Assembly (NCBI RefSeq): GCF_006345805.1
Contig: NC_043015.1
Location: 52,576,001-52,640,000, forward strand
Length of the DNA stretch: 64,000 nucleotides
Source of the DNA: Octopus sinensis
Lineage: Eukaryota
Direction of reading: 5' to 3'
The notes beneath the pieces are model-generated. The model had not been told where the DNA came from and searched no databases. It saw only the letters and a program-made list of their open reading frames with translations. Each line of letters begins with the position of its first letter. Positions within the stretch are counted from its first letter, which is position 1. Below, piece after piece: positions 51,485 to 64,000 of the stretch. The position numbers and the translations under genes are program-made.

Positions 51485-51650
51485 GAAAGATTTCTTTGAG
51501 TTTCTGTCCAGCAAGTCCACTCACAAGGTTTTGGAGGCCCAGGGATACACCAGAAGACACTTGCTCAAAATGCTAGATGGGGGGGGGGGGCTGAACCAAA
51601 AAGCATTGTGGCTGGGAAGTAAACTTCTTAAAGACACAGTCACACTTGCA
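51485..51650 (-). mobile_element. SINE family A, degenerate 5' half
   Basis: CCACTCACAAGG...AGAAGACACTTGCTCAA...CTTCTTA. Similar degenerate halves lie at about 3485-3640 (+), 19150-19330 (+), 35580-35740 (-) and a head fragment at 50145-50180 (+). Confidence 0.7.
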
Positions 51651-52539
51651 CGTGTGTGTACTCGCACATCAGAAACCATTTTAATAGCTTACAGGCTGGG
51701 AAACATTGCCGAGTAGTTTGGTGTATTTGTGCGGCAAATGTCTGATGTAATTGAAGAATGAAAAATAAAAAATAAAAAAAAAGGAGTGAAACATTCAGTT
51801 AGGGCAGCAGTATTGCGTAGTCATTAGATGTGTGTGTGTGTTTCAGCTTCTAGGTGTAAGTGTGTGCATTTGTTTCTGTTTGTGTATCAGTGATGTGCTC
51901 CATTGTGTAAAACCTAAAGACCAAATGAAAACAACAAAACCAATTTTGACTTTCTTTCCTCACTGTTCTCTCTCTCTCTCTCAGGTATGCAGTCAAGAAG
52001 AGCAAACAGTTCTTTGGCACACAACTATTATTCAGAGCACGTAACCATCATTGCCACTGACAACACCACAATCACCACCTTCATTACCACCACCATTATC
52101 ATTTTTACCATCAACATTATGGTACAAAATAGTGGTTAGAGCCAGCACAGATGTTTTTCAAGTGTAACAGTACCTACTTTCAGTAATGTTGTAGTTGTTG
52201 TCGACGTTATGGTTTGTTGTTACTGTTACAGTTATAACAACTTGGTTTTGTTGTAACTTTGTTTATTGTTGTTGTTATTAATGTTACTGCGCTTGCTCTT
52301 ACTATTCTGGTCTCAAACCACAACAGCTGGCCAACTCCAGCCTTATATATCTGTCCTGGTTTCAATCAATATCTGATAGGTGTAATACACTGAGGTCATA
52401 TGTCTACTTGGTTATTAGGAAAAGCTTTGTTAGCAAATTATATCATTTAGTACAATGTTCTTTTTATAATAACTCAAATATTCTATAATCTGATGCAATT
52501 CATTGTTATTATCATTATTATTATTATTAATATTATCGA

Positions 52540-52740
52540 TGCCAGGCCCGCCTGACTGGCTTCTGTGCCAGTAACACATAAAAAGCACCAATTCACTCTT
52601 GAAGTGGTTGGTGATAGGAAGGGCATCCAGCTGTAGAAACATTGTTAAATCAGATTGGAGCCTGGTGCAGTATCTGGCTCTCCAGACTACAGTCAAACCG
52701 TCCAACCCATGCCAGCATGGAAAGTGGACGTTAAATGATT
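52540..52740 (+). mobile_element. Family C copy
   Basis: GGAAGGGCATCCAGCTGTAGAAAC...CCATGCCAGCATGGAAAGTGGACGTTAAATGA. Other partial copies lie at about 2930-3020 (+), 39400-39500 (+), 41412-41555 (+), 49232-49380 (-), 60598-60800 (-) and 62740-62830 (+). Confidence 0.8.
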
Positions 52741-53499
52741 ATTATTATTATTAAAAGGCAGAGAGCTGGCATAATTGTTAGGGTTCATCTTAAACCTCAT
52801 TAGAATTATTGACCATGTGCTTAAACTAGAACAAAAATTATTAGTATTATAGCAACTATCTTCACAAACCTATTCCACTACAAACAAAAGTGCCAAGACC
52901 CTCCTGCTCCATTAAACAACTTAGATACCACTACCATAAACCAAAAAAATGTAGGCCACCCAAATTCTTTACCAGAAACATTAGCACCTATGTTAACAGG
53001 ATTTACCACATACACACTGTGTATATTTATTAACATTGAAGCTACGTAAGTGACTTAAACCTATATGTGTGTATGTGTGTGTGTATGTATGTATGTATAT
53101 ATATATTTTTTCCCATATACACACATGCATAGTTGGGTGTGCGTATATGTGTCAATGCACTGGACTATTTAAAGATACATAAGAAAAAAATTAGTTTACC
53201 AAAACAAGAAGAGGGCGGTGTCCTATCTTTTATGGTAAAATATGAGAACATTTACAGAATTGTTGATGGAACACATGTAGATAATCTAGTGATGCTCTAG
53301 CTCATACAACGTGTAATATATATGACTGCGTGGGCCAATGACTCATAACAACAAATATATACAAGTACAATGTGTGTCTGTATACACACACACACGAGAA
53401 CACTAGTGATGTCCTTACATGAGTTACAATACATAAAACTTCTAATTTCAGCTAATGTATGGAAACACATCATACACAATTTATAATAGTTACTGTGGC

Positions 53500-55129
53500 T
53501 GCTGTCCAGATCCGGACAGCCCACAACCAATAGAGCTATGATCAAAGGTATGTTATTACTGTTGGTATAATCCCACAATTCATTCAGGGTTACATTACTC
53601 ATTATGTCCTTTCTTTTCTTTAGATGGCAGGTTATGTGTTTGAAGGAGATCTGTTGGCTATCACTAACATGTACAGCAACAGTCCATATAAAGGCACTTC
53701 TGATAATGTTCTGTTGTTGTTTCTAGTGCCAAGTTCAATTGAGCAAATAACCATCTGATGAAAGATGTATCAAATGATAACCTCACATCTCTTTTGGGGT
53801 CACATAAGACTACATTATCTAAAATGACTTCTGCTTTTTTTTAAAAACAGTACATGTGGATGTTATTTCTAGCAGATTGGGTAACCATACAGAGATGCTC
53901 TTTTTGGTGCAATGAAACATGTATCCCAATGTTTAGAATAGGTACAAGATGTCTGCAGATGCCATAATAAACATCTAAAGGGGTTTTAGGCACCAGGAGG
54001 GGCATACAACTGTACAACATTAGCTCAAAAAGTTCACTCCAACACATACAAACAAGGAAATGCTGATGTAAAAATAGTGATGATGATGATGATGATATTT
54101 AGCTCCAGGTCACAGGATATTAAAGCAAAGTTTATAAAGACATTCGACTAAGAACGGCACTATTCAATTTATCTTTCCTCTTAGAAAACATTTAACATAT
54201 GATTCGAGGGAAATTTAGTTTATATTTCTAGCAACGGCATTCTTTCTAATAGTGATGTTTCTTAGTCAGACCCATTCTATGCAGGACTACATTAATGAGT
54301 TCTATCTTTTTAAGACAGGTAAGGTGAATGATTTGAAGGAGAATTTGAGTGTTATTTCATGCTGGTAGAGTGACTATGTTAAAGCTCTAATCTTGGGTTG
54401 AAAGTATTACAATAGTAGAGAATATTTTTGTTTGTTTTTTCATGTCTACATTCTGATACAGTGAAAGGAATCTGTAAAAGCAGCTCTCAGTGGAATTTAT
54501 TACCCACTGCTATGGTAAGTATAAACATAATAAACATTTTCAGAGGAAATTCTTGGAGTTGTCTTATAATGCCAGTTCCTTGAGAGCCAGAATGTGTGTG
54601 TGTGCGTGTGTTTCAACAAAAAGGCAATCTTGGTTCCAACCAATTTAAGAAGTACTAAATGCTGATGTCTCGGTTCACTAACAGCTAAGTTATAAGCAAC
54701 AAACTATCAGTCTAACTCTCCATGGAGTCTTTTGGTGGTAGTTTGACCTACTAGAAAAAGAAGCCAAACCTCCTTCAAATCACACAGCCACTATCTTAGA
54801 ATCTAAGCCTACATTGAAATAATGTGGTCCTCAACTGCATGTATTTAAGGAAAAAGGCAGGGTGGTTATGTCTGGAATGCTTTGAATCATAGATAGTTCT
54901 GTGCGAACCGAGTTGATCTGGGGTTAAACAACAATAACAAGTAAACAGTCCAATAGGGGTAGGTGAGGTTCAGACAGCATGAAGCAGTGGGAGGTCTGGG
55001 TGGTGAGCAGGAGGAGAGTAACAACAGCAAGAGACTCTGCAAGAGAGAAGTGAGGCCGGGGGGGGGGGGGTGAATAGAACTCTTGAAAACTCCTGACATC
55101 CAGTTATAAAAGAGCAGAGAGTGTAAAAT

Positions 55130-55168
<39 letters not shown>

Positions 55169-55840
55169 GTATAGTTTATACATAAACATGCCCAAAAGTT
55201 TAAAAGGTTTAATGTCAGTGTTATGAAAACAGGAAGTTCTCAATCATGCATGCATGCATGTGGCTAGCAACTCATGGAATATTAATTGCAACCTGAATAG
55301 GAAGGAGGGGGCATTAATTGGTGGTGGTGGTGGTCGTAGTTGTCATAGTAGTAGTGAATATATAGTAATGAGCTGAAGGAGTGGTGGCAATGAATGTAGT
55401 GTTGGTGAAGTAATGCTGGTCCTGGTGGTAGTAGTGGTACTGTTTAACCCTATGTCAATCTTGATCAAACACCTATAATCAAATAGCATTCCAACTGTGA
55501 TCATCCTGTCTGTTTTCCTTCCAGTGTTTTTCCTTATATATATATGGAAATCAGGGCATTACCCAACACACACATTGTTTACTAAGATGGCAGGGTGTAA
55601 TTTGAAAGAGATTTGGTTGCTATTTCTAGTAAGTTGAGCAGCTAAGTAGAAGCACTTTCACTGGCATGTAGTGGTAAAATAGCAATGATTAGTTGAAAGT
55701 GAGCGGTGAAATACTATGACAGAGACTGTGATAATCTTAGGGCGGCTTAAAGGAAGTGGTGGTGGGTGGCCAAAAAAACACTCTCACCTTTTCCCATTTT
55801 ATTGACAAAACAACCTTGTATTGGAAATTCATTAAAGTAT

Positions 55841-55895
<55 letters not shown>

Positions 55896-56215
55896 TGAAA
55901 TGAAATGTGAAGACCTTGATAAAAAATTCATTAAGTGACACTTTCAGTCTAACATGAAAATGTTTTTCCTGAGTAAAAAACTGGTCTGTTAAAAGATAAG
56001 TAAGATAATAGTATATAACAGGTATCTTGTTAAACTCTGGGTCAGCCTATAAACTAATGGCATTACTGCTAGGATTATCCCCACCTTATCAGACATAGTA
56101 TCTCAAACTACAATATCCAACATGTCCTTTCTTTTACCATAATATCTTAAGAGGAAAGTTTTCAGTGAGATTTAGCTACACTCTCTAGCAGGTCAACCAA
56201 CCATGCTTTGTCAGC
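53500..56215. repeat. Cluster of about six family D copies in mixed orientation
   Basis: Copies at about 53500-53700, 53710-53850, 54095-54390, 55440-55660 and 56020-56215 in one orientation; 54720-54945 in the opposite orientation (ends CTGGGGTTAAACAACAATAAC). Confidence 0.65.
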
Positions 56216-56469
56216 TAGCATACTGCATGTGTGTGTGTGTATTCTGAATGCTATAAAGGAATGATATATAAAGTTTGTGACCTTTCCTGTCTTAAAAAAA
56301 CACATAAGAACTAGATGGATTACTGAATGAGATGTTATGATATGAAATAGCAGCTGTTTTTCCCCAACCCCACCAATCAATAAAAAAGAAAGAAAAAATT
56401 ACATGTGCACACACAGACAGACAAACAGACACACACAGAGTTGAGAACCTGTCACCAACAGTGATTCAA

Positions 56470-56900
56470 GGTATCCATGACCTCAAACACTTTTCACTCC
56501 TGGCAATAGAACCTGGGACTCCCAAGAGTTCTTGTGTATACTCTCAGTATTGGACTAAGCTGGAATCCTGTAACAACCTCTGGATAGTTTCCATATAGTT
56601 CTTGATAGACTTGGTACTGTCTATCATTTAAGCATTCCACAAAATACAACCTAAGCTTCTCATCAACCAGGACATTGCTATCCCCATTCGTCTACATTGA
56701 AATTTTGAAGAACTGTGAATTTCATGGTTTCCCAGAGGGAGGTGGGGTTCTCTTCAAGGATCTTGCTTGTCTTGGACCTAGAATCACTTTCCATAATTAT
56801 TTTCTCCCTAATATTTTTATGCTGTCCTAGACAGTTTGCTATACTTCTCCATATTAAATATTTTCCTTCCTATCATCACAAGATGATGGGCTGGTACTAC
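56470..56900 (-). mobile_element. Possible highly decayed CR1/L2-type LINE fragment
   Basis: Minus-strand pieces LMRSLGCILWNA* and METIQRLLQ...Y.EYTQELLGVP loosely resemble the post-RT LVRS.LEY...W.P / LE.IQR...Y.ERL..LG motifs. Confidence 0.35.
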
Positions 56901-57290
56901 TGAGAGAGAGAGAGAGAAAGAGTGAGAGAGAGATATCACCAGCTTCTTGGTTGCTGGCTCCTGGTAATGAAGATGAAGCTATTTATTCTGCTATCCCCTG
57001 AGCTGCAACAGGTGGCACTGTGCAAACAGCAGTTTCTGGGAACTGCTGGTATTGTTGCTGTTTATATAACCACCTATTGCTCTCTCCCCGCCTCTGAATT
57101 TTTATCTACTCAGTGTAGAAAGCCCTCAACTGGCTATTATTCTTACATATAAAACAAGGCTCTTTGTCCAGCACTACCACTCTAATTGCTTTCTTTTCTA
57201 CTCAAGCTCACACAAAAGAGTATAGCAGGCATACCTTTGTACTTCAGCACTCTTCTGCTTAACCTCTTATTGTTTATTGGTACTAATACT

Positions 57291-57540
57291 TATGTGCCGG
57301 TGGCACATAAAATACACCAATCTGACCGTGGCCGTTGCCAGCCCCGCCTGGCACCTGTGCAGGTGGCACGTAAAAAGCACCCACTACACTCACGGAGTGG
57401 TTGGCGTTAGGAAGGGCATCCAGCTGTAGAAACATTGCCAGATTAGACTGGAGCCTGGTGCAGCCTTCTGGCTTCCCAGAACCCCGGTCGAACCGTCCAA
57501 CCCATGCTAGCATGGAGAACGAACGTTAAACGACGACGAA
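57291..57540 (+). mobile_element. Family C retroelement (RTE-LINE 3'UTR-like / SINE), young-looking copy
   Basis: GGCACGTAAAAAGCACCCACTACACTCACGGAGTGGTTGGCGTTAGGAAGGGCATCCAGCTGTAGAAAC...CCATGCTAGCATGGAGAACGAACGTTAAACGACGACG; CpGs are retained. Confidence 0.85.
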
Positions 57541-58226
57541 TACAATTACCATCTGCCCTACCGTGTCAAAGAGATGACAATGGACTGAGTGTCAGTATCA
57601 CAACCAATATCTTTAGCCATGATAATGGTATTTTGTTTCCACATATACTATGGAACCAAGCTGTGGACAGGTGAGATGAATCAATCTCTGCTGCAACCTC
57701 ACATTATCCTTGGCCTTAAAAATCCTGGCACATGCTTCATTATAATCTACTCCAGTAGCCTGCTTATTAAATCAGTTGGAATAGGTAAAACATAAACAGT
57801 ACATCTAATATTCATCTATTCCAAGTTGAGGATTCACTTCAGCACTGCTCCAAATATCTCATTTCTGAACAGATATATGATGCAAGACAGTTTCATTATA
57901 AATGTAAAAAAATAAAATGTTGATATGAAATTAAACCTTCTAGGACTCTGAGATTTCCAGATTCATGCAATTGTACACCAAACTTATTTTCTTTGGTTGG
58001 AAGGTTTATTTTACCAAACTGTATTCAGACCATTCAACATAGATGAATTTAGCTAAGAAAATTTAATTCATCTAAGGTATTTAATCCCTGGGAAAGCACA
58101 GTGACTCAGCAGGTAGTCTGTGCTATGACTTCGTCAATTGCTATATCAAGAAGATAGGAAGGAACTCAAACTATAGCCAAAAGAAATTATGGAATATTCA
58201 CCATACACATATACAAATGCATAAAT

Positions 58227-58263
<37 letters not shown>

Positions 58264-59207
58264 GATAGATAGATAGATACAAACACGTATGCAAAAACAG
58301 TGCGACACACATACACACATATGTACAGAGTAATAGGCATACGGAGACAGAGACAGGCGCAGACGGCGCACTCACTATCCTGATTACTCAACAAATAGAC
58401 AAACACCACAGAAATAGACACAACAAGGTCACTCTAGTAGTTGAGCAACAGATATGCAATCATCTGCATTCATGTTGTCGTGCGGGGCTTACGGATGTGA
58501 GAGTAAGCCGACAGGGACACTGTAGCTGTAGTGGTGGTTGTTGTTTTACACTCACTAACACAACCACCAAAACGAAAACACAGTAATATAACAACTACCA
58601 AAATTATTAAGTAGAGGAGGTGGGGGGAACAGGAGTAAGAGAGGGCTGGTAGGATCTTAAAATGATCTCCTATTAAGTACATAATCAGAATCATTATTGT
58701 TGTGACAACCATCCACATCATAGATATGACATCATTAAGTACCACATCAGTTAATGTGTATGTGTGTGTGTGCACACGCATCAGATAAGCTAACCTCAGA
58801 CACCCTGTCTGCAAAAACAGCTGAAATGGTCAAGTAGGAATGTCTTTGATTATGGGTAGCCTGCTGGTTGAGGTCCAAATGTAAACAGCCACAATTTATA
58901 TTACTACTGGTTCTCCCACTACTACTGCTGCTGCTACAACTACTGAAACAAGGGAAGCTCTATATACTAGTTTGACTTGCTAGAAATAGCAGCCAAACCT
59001 ATCTTCTTCAATCACACCTTGCCGTCTTAAATTTGGGAAGGACACATTAGGTGTTAAAGTCCTAGGTATCCAAAGAAGATCAGTATGGTCTTGGCTGGAA
59101 TGTTCAGCCCAATCAAAGTTGACCAGGGGCTGAACAACAACAAATACTGCTGCTGCTACTACTATTAATAATAGTAATAATAATAATACTAATGATAATA
59201 ATAATAA

Positions 59208-59421
59208 TACTTTCTACTATAAGCACAAGGCCTGAAATTTGGAGGAAGGAACTAGTCGATTACATTGCCCCAAGTGTTTCACTGGTATTTAATTTATCAA
59301 CCCTGAAAGCATGAAAGTCAAAGTCGACCTCAGCGGAATTTGAACTCAGAATGTAGCAGCAGACAAAATACCGCTAAGCGTTTTACCCTGCATGCTAATG
59401 ATTCAGCCAACTTGCTGCCTT
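59208..59421 (-). mobile_element. SINE family B, full length
   Basis: Reverse-complement match to 16777-16997 (GCACAAGGCCTGAAATTT...AAGTCGACCTCAGCGGAATTTGAACTCAGAA...GCTGCCTT) with an (AAT)n tail. Confidence 0.85.
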
Positions 59422-62400
59422 AATAATGATAATGATGATGACGATGAATTTAATAACAACAACTTGCTAGAACATAAAAGAAGCCACAGCTTATATAAAT
59501 CCAAGAAATCAAAATAAAATCAGGAATATGATGAAAAGGAAGCGTGCAACAGTGTGTGCAGAAATGGATGAAATGTTACAGAATGCGGTACAGGAGAGGG
59601 AAATTTGGTGCCAGGTGAAATAGATTGACGTGTTTCATTTATGGTAGTGGTGAATGCGGATATGCGATTGCAAGCATATTTGAGCGTTTGTGTTTGTGTG
59701 CGTCTATGTAAATATAGAACAACATCTGTTGCATGTAGCCAACCTAGAAAAATCTACTCTCTAATTATATATACGTGTATATATATATTGAATGTGTGTG
59801 TGTATGTGTGTGTGCGCGCACACCACGTGTATGTGCACACGTGTGTTTGAATATATATCAGAAGAGTGCACACATGAACCCACATAAACATGTTTTGGAG
59901 CAGATGTGATTGCAGCATGTATTAATGCATTAATATGTAATTATGTGCTGTGTTATGCAGATTACAGATGTATAGAATAATAATGACTGTGATTAATAAT
60001 TGTATGTTTGTACCTATGTGTGTGTGTGTATATACATATATGCATGCGTGTGCACACACACACACACACACAAATAAATACACATACAAACACACAGGTG
60101 TACTAACTTTAGAATGAGCACTCAACATGTGTTGTTGAGGTTAAGCATTCAACTTGGATCGATAGCATTTGAAACCTCAGATGTACTTTTGCCTCTGTGA
60201 AACTATGTAATACAGCATATATCCTAAAATCTAGATGAGAAATCTTGTGACATAACAGCTGCATATTAAATGAATTACTCACATGCACCAACAAAAAAAC
60301 CTGGATGGCTGCTGAATCAGCAAGAAAGCAGCCACATCTTTTCCAGATCAATCATACTCAGCTATTTTAAAGTAAGGAAGGACATTATCAAATGATAATG
60401 TAATTGTAGATAGATAATATTGGATGGTCATGGCTGAAATACTTTTCATAATAAATCTGTTGTCTCAGAGATAATGTAAGGACAAAACAACAACCATATC
60501 TATTTAAATTGAGTTTCAAATTTGTGAAAGTGCATTCTTTCTACTTTTATTTTGAGCCAATAAATGTTGTTTGGGGATTAGGCGACTTCAAAAGAACATC
60601 ATCTTCCTCATCATAATTTAATGTCTGCTTTCCATGCTGGCATGAGGGGGACAGTTTGACAGGGAACCAGTGCAGCATCAAGTTCCAGTGTCATCTTTGG
60701 CATGGTTTCTATGGCTGGATGCCCTTCCCAATGCCAAAGACTTCACAGAATGTAAAAGGTGCTTTTACATGCCACCAGCACTAGTGAGGCTGCCATGCTA
60801 ACTTGGAAGTCCAAAAAGAACAGAGAAGGAAGACGAAGAAAGATAGGAAAAACACTCCCATGACTAAGAAGTATTTGGGAGGGGCAGATGGAAACAAGTG
60901 GCTGTATGCTAGGTGTCAAGAGGTTAAAGTATGACAGAGGGACAAACACAGTGGGTCTTATAGAGGAGATATGTGGCTGAAGGAAATAAGAGGAAAATAA
61001 TGATGGGGTGCTAGAGTAAACCTGTGCTCACTAACCCTAATTTTTCCTCCATGAAGTACATTGTAGGAAATTTGTTATGGAAAACTTGCAGTTTAGAGAA
61101 TGTATATCAAGTAAAGCATTTCTGCTAAGACAGCAGCAGATTTTGCAAGGAAGACTCCAGCCAAATGAAAAGATACTTTTTAAAAACAAAACTGGAGTAA
61201 AATTTTGATTAAATATTAAGATGTTTGCATTGAGTTATTTATCATTAATAATATTTTTGCCTCTCTTTTTATATGTTAAATTCGTCATTAGAGATATAAC
61301 ATTTTTTTACATTCACATTTAGATGTAAACATTAGACATAATGCAAAACATTACCATCATAAAATGTTTATCTTTGTAAGTAATGTCTTGTGATTTTCAT
61401 TGATTACAATGTGGGTTTGCATTTCCTCTCAAAATCTTAAATTCTTTTAACTTAATGTTATCTGAGAAGGTAGAGAAACTACCTTATCCATGTTTGTCCC
61501 ATTCTTGCTGAAGATTTTTCTTAAGAACATGTGGTCTTAACTATTTTTAAAGACCACCAGGAAATATGTTATAAAAATCTGCGGCAGAGTGGTTAGGGGG
61601 TTGTTTTATCTAAACTAAGCATTTGATAGGTATTTTAAAGCCAGTAGGAGAACATTCAGATTTAATTCTGAGTGGGGTAAGATTTAAGAGGGTTTTCAAA
61701 AGCATGTGATCTTACCAATTTTCAACGACTATAAAAAAGGTGTGTGTATGTATGAGAGAGAGAGGTGAGACAGACAGTCAGACAGAAAATTGGCACAAAA
61801 ATTGCTGAGCAGCTGGATAAGACTGCAACCTACATAACATAAGGGTTCCAAGACTGGCATATAATAAATGGCAAAATGTTGCTTACACCCAGCATGGTAT
61901 GCCCATACATATATATATGTGTGTATTATATAGATGTGTGTGTACACACACACACACAGACGGTGGCACCAGGTACCAAGCAATCCCACTCAACACCCTT
62001 GCAAAAGTAGTGTTTGCCAGTGGTTTATTAATAGCTCTCAGCCTGCTTCCAGCATGTATGCAATTTGCTATTTTAGGTTCTCCTTTCAGGAAGAAATACT
62101 AAAAGAGACACAGAAAGAAAGAGTGTGAAAGAGATGTAGACAGGGGGGGTGCAAAGGAGAGAGAGAGAGCAGTTTGAAGAAGAAAAGAGAGACGGATGAA
62201 AAAAATGAGCGAAGAAAATGAAGAAGAAAAAAAAGAGGAGGAAACTGAATCATCATGATGGAATAGTGAATTAATTAGGATTGTAAACATTCTTTCTCAT
62301 CTCTGCTTTTCTGTTCAAAGAGAAATCTACTAAGGATCTACTTGAGCTTAGTGGAGTGGTGTAGCATGTTGCGGTGTGGTTTGGGTGTGCGATGGTGCAA

Positions 62401-63474
62401 TGTGGAGTGGTGTGTGAGAATGGTGCGGAGTGGAGACCACAAAAGACTATCAAAGAAAAACAGAGAGAATGGATGAAACCAGAGGGATAGGAGGGTGGAC
62501 GGGGAAGGAGGAAGGAACTATAATTGAGACGGAAGTCAGAGAACTCAGAGGGAAGTCTGCTACTAAACATCTAAGAAGAAAATAGAGTAAAACAAGGAAA
62601 CACAGAGACAAACTTCACAGAGAAAACAGTAGACCATTTCCACATATACATATGCATACACATTGAATGTGTATGTGCGTGCACATGCACACACATATAC
62701 ATATATTTATAGGATATATATATATTATTTTGTGTTTATCAAATGACAGTGGAGTGTGGCAAGTGGTGAGATGCTATACTGGTCCACACCCATCCAACCC
62801 ATGCCAACGTAGAAAGAGACATAAAATGATCTATGATAATTACACACACACATGCACACACAAATGTGCATGGGTGTGTGCGTGTGTGTGTCTGTAAAAA
62901 GAGAGATGCCTTTATTTCAAACATGTTATATTAAAGACCCAACTGTGTTTAAGTTTTATCCTTTTTTATCAAGAAATTTTCTTCATTCTTTTACCATCCT
63001 TTATATTTAGTTTGGAACAATAAGCATTCTCAAAACTATTAACACTTTAAGGCCTCCAGTCTCATTATCTGAATGAAATGGAAAATGTATTGGCAAGTAT
63101 TTCGCAGTAGGTCACAAAGAACCAGGAGAATACTGCTATAAATGATAAAATTTTCAAGGTTGGATTTAAAATTATTCAGTGGTTAACTCCTGGTATATTT
63201 TACAACTGCAGTATCTGTACGTTGATTTTTGGTTTGTATTTTGCTATTAATAAAATCTCCATAATTCATCTCTTTATCCTCAATAGAATTCAATATAGAA
63301 GGGTAGTGTTGTCAACAAAAATCTTTTCCATCTAATTATATTATGTGTACTGTATTTTTAACGTGTGGTAATAATAGCTCCTGTTGTAAACAAATTGCCA
63401 ATCACTGGAAAAGTATCATACTTGTGTGACGGATATAACAGTCTGAGTCGTGAAGTTCATAACTTTTATACTTT

Positions 63475-63680
63475 GAGAGGTCATAAGCTCTGGTATTTTG
63501 GACATGGGATTACAATGTCACAGAAAAGAATTGCAAGGTGGATTCTTCAAGCAGAACCATGTAGCAGGAGACCAAGAACGAGATGGTTGGATAGTATCCA
63601 TAGTATCAGCTGGCTGTGCTTGAGAATCCAATCAGAAATTCTAATAACAATTACCTCCGACAGGTCCCTATAGAAGAAGT
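63475..63680 (+). mobile_element. RTE-type LINE C-terminal fragment
   Basis: HKLWYFGHGITMSQKRIARWILQAEPCSRRPRTRWLDSI matches the L.YFGH..R......R.IL.....RRPRTRWLD.I RTE motif. Confidence 0.65.
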
Positions 63681-64000
63681 GCCTGAGGTGGGGTCTACCT
63701 CCATGACTATTGGGCAGAAAAGATAGATGGGTGATATTTACATTGAAATGTGTATTGATTAGACAAAGACAATGTTTATTTATAAATACATATATAAAAG
63801 TGAATGCTTCCAAAAACAAAAAACCCTAACAGTAATCTGCTCTAAGATATCTCTACACTATGTTGTAACTGAGACACAACAAGCTTCAGATATAGATAAA
63901 TCAGGTGAAACTTGCAAGGATACAGTCTATACATCCGGGCTTTTAGTAAAAGTAGACTGTACAGCTGCATGTCAAAGAGTTAGTGCCATGAAAGGCATCT

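Noticed and set aside
53326-53345. CCAAT adjacent to an AP-1-like TGACTCA
   Set aside because: Short motifs expected by chance in 64 kb; no other promoter evidence.
58493-58519. 27-nt microexon CPCRLTLTS (CTACAG|...|GTAAGC)
   Set aside because: No polypyrimidine tract, and insertion here would disrupt the Cys spacing of ZnF2; kept only as a structured element.
48278-64000. Search for the ZnF1/start exon (WLxLEVCRE...) and for recursive AG|GT sites
   Set aside because: Neither was found by eye. The ZnF1 exon is presumably outside the window; a computational scan could still reveal recursive sites.

Overview
AT-rich, microsatellite- and SINE-saturated eukaryotic DNA, very probably octopus (coleoid cephalopod); the taxon is judged from recalled repeat families, not from a database search. 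The whole window lies inside one large minus-strand gene, muscleblind (mbl/MBNL CCCH zinc-finger splicing regulator). Two exons are clear: 48101-48277 (C-terminal part of zinc finger 2, GKCQRKDPPCKYLHPPQHL...GRNN) and 13041-13232 (linker ending QQKVTRADRLE). Both are phase 0 with canonical AG/GT ends and are separated by a 34.9 kb intron. The ZnF1/start exon must lie beyond 64000, and I found no ZnF3/4 exon in 1-13040. The most interesting signal is a candidate alternative last exon 281 nt after the linker exon (12759 down to about 11122). It would give a two-finger Muscleblind a 27-aa hydrophobic, tail-anchor-like C terminus, followed by an in-register (CAG)4, a SINE-free ~1.5 kb 3'UTR and a good poly(A) site. 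Other notable items: an in-frame 63-codon cassette-exon candidate, YGCY-rich cryptic acceptors suggesting autoregulation, a 45-bp-arm fold-back palindrome, a degenerate hammerhead-like motif in a Penelope-like end, piggyBac and hAT MITEs, a piggyBac transposase relic, RTE LINE fragments and four abundant SINE-like families. Almost all ORFs in the supplied track are microsatellite or repeat artefacts. Repeat boundaries are approximate (read by eye).
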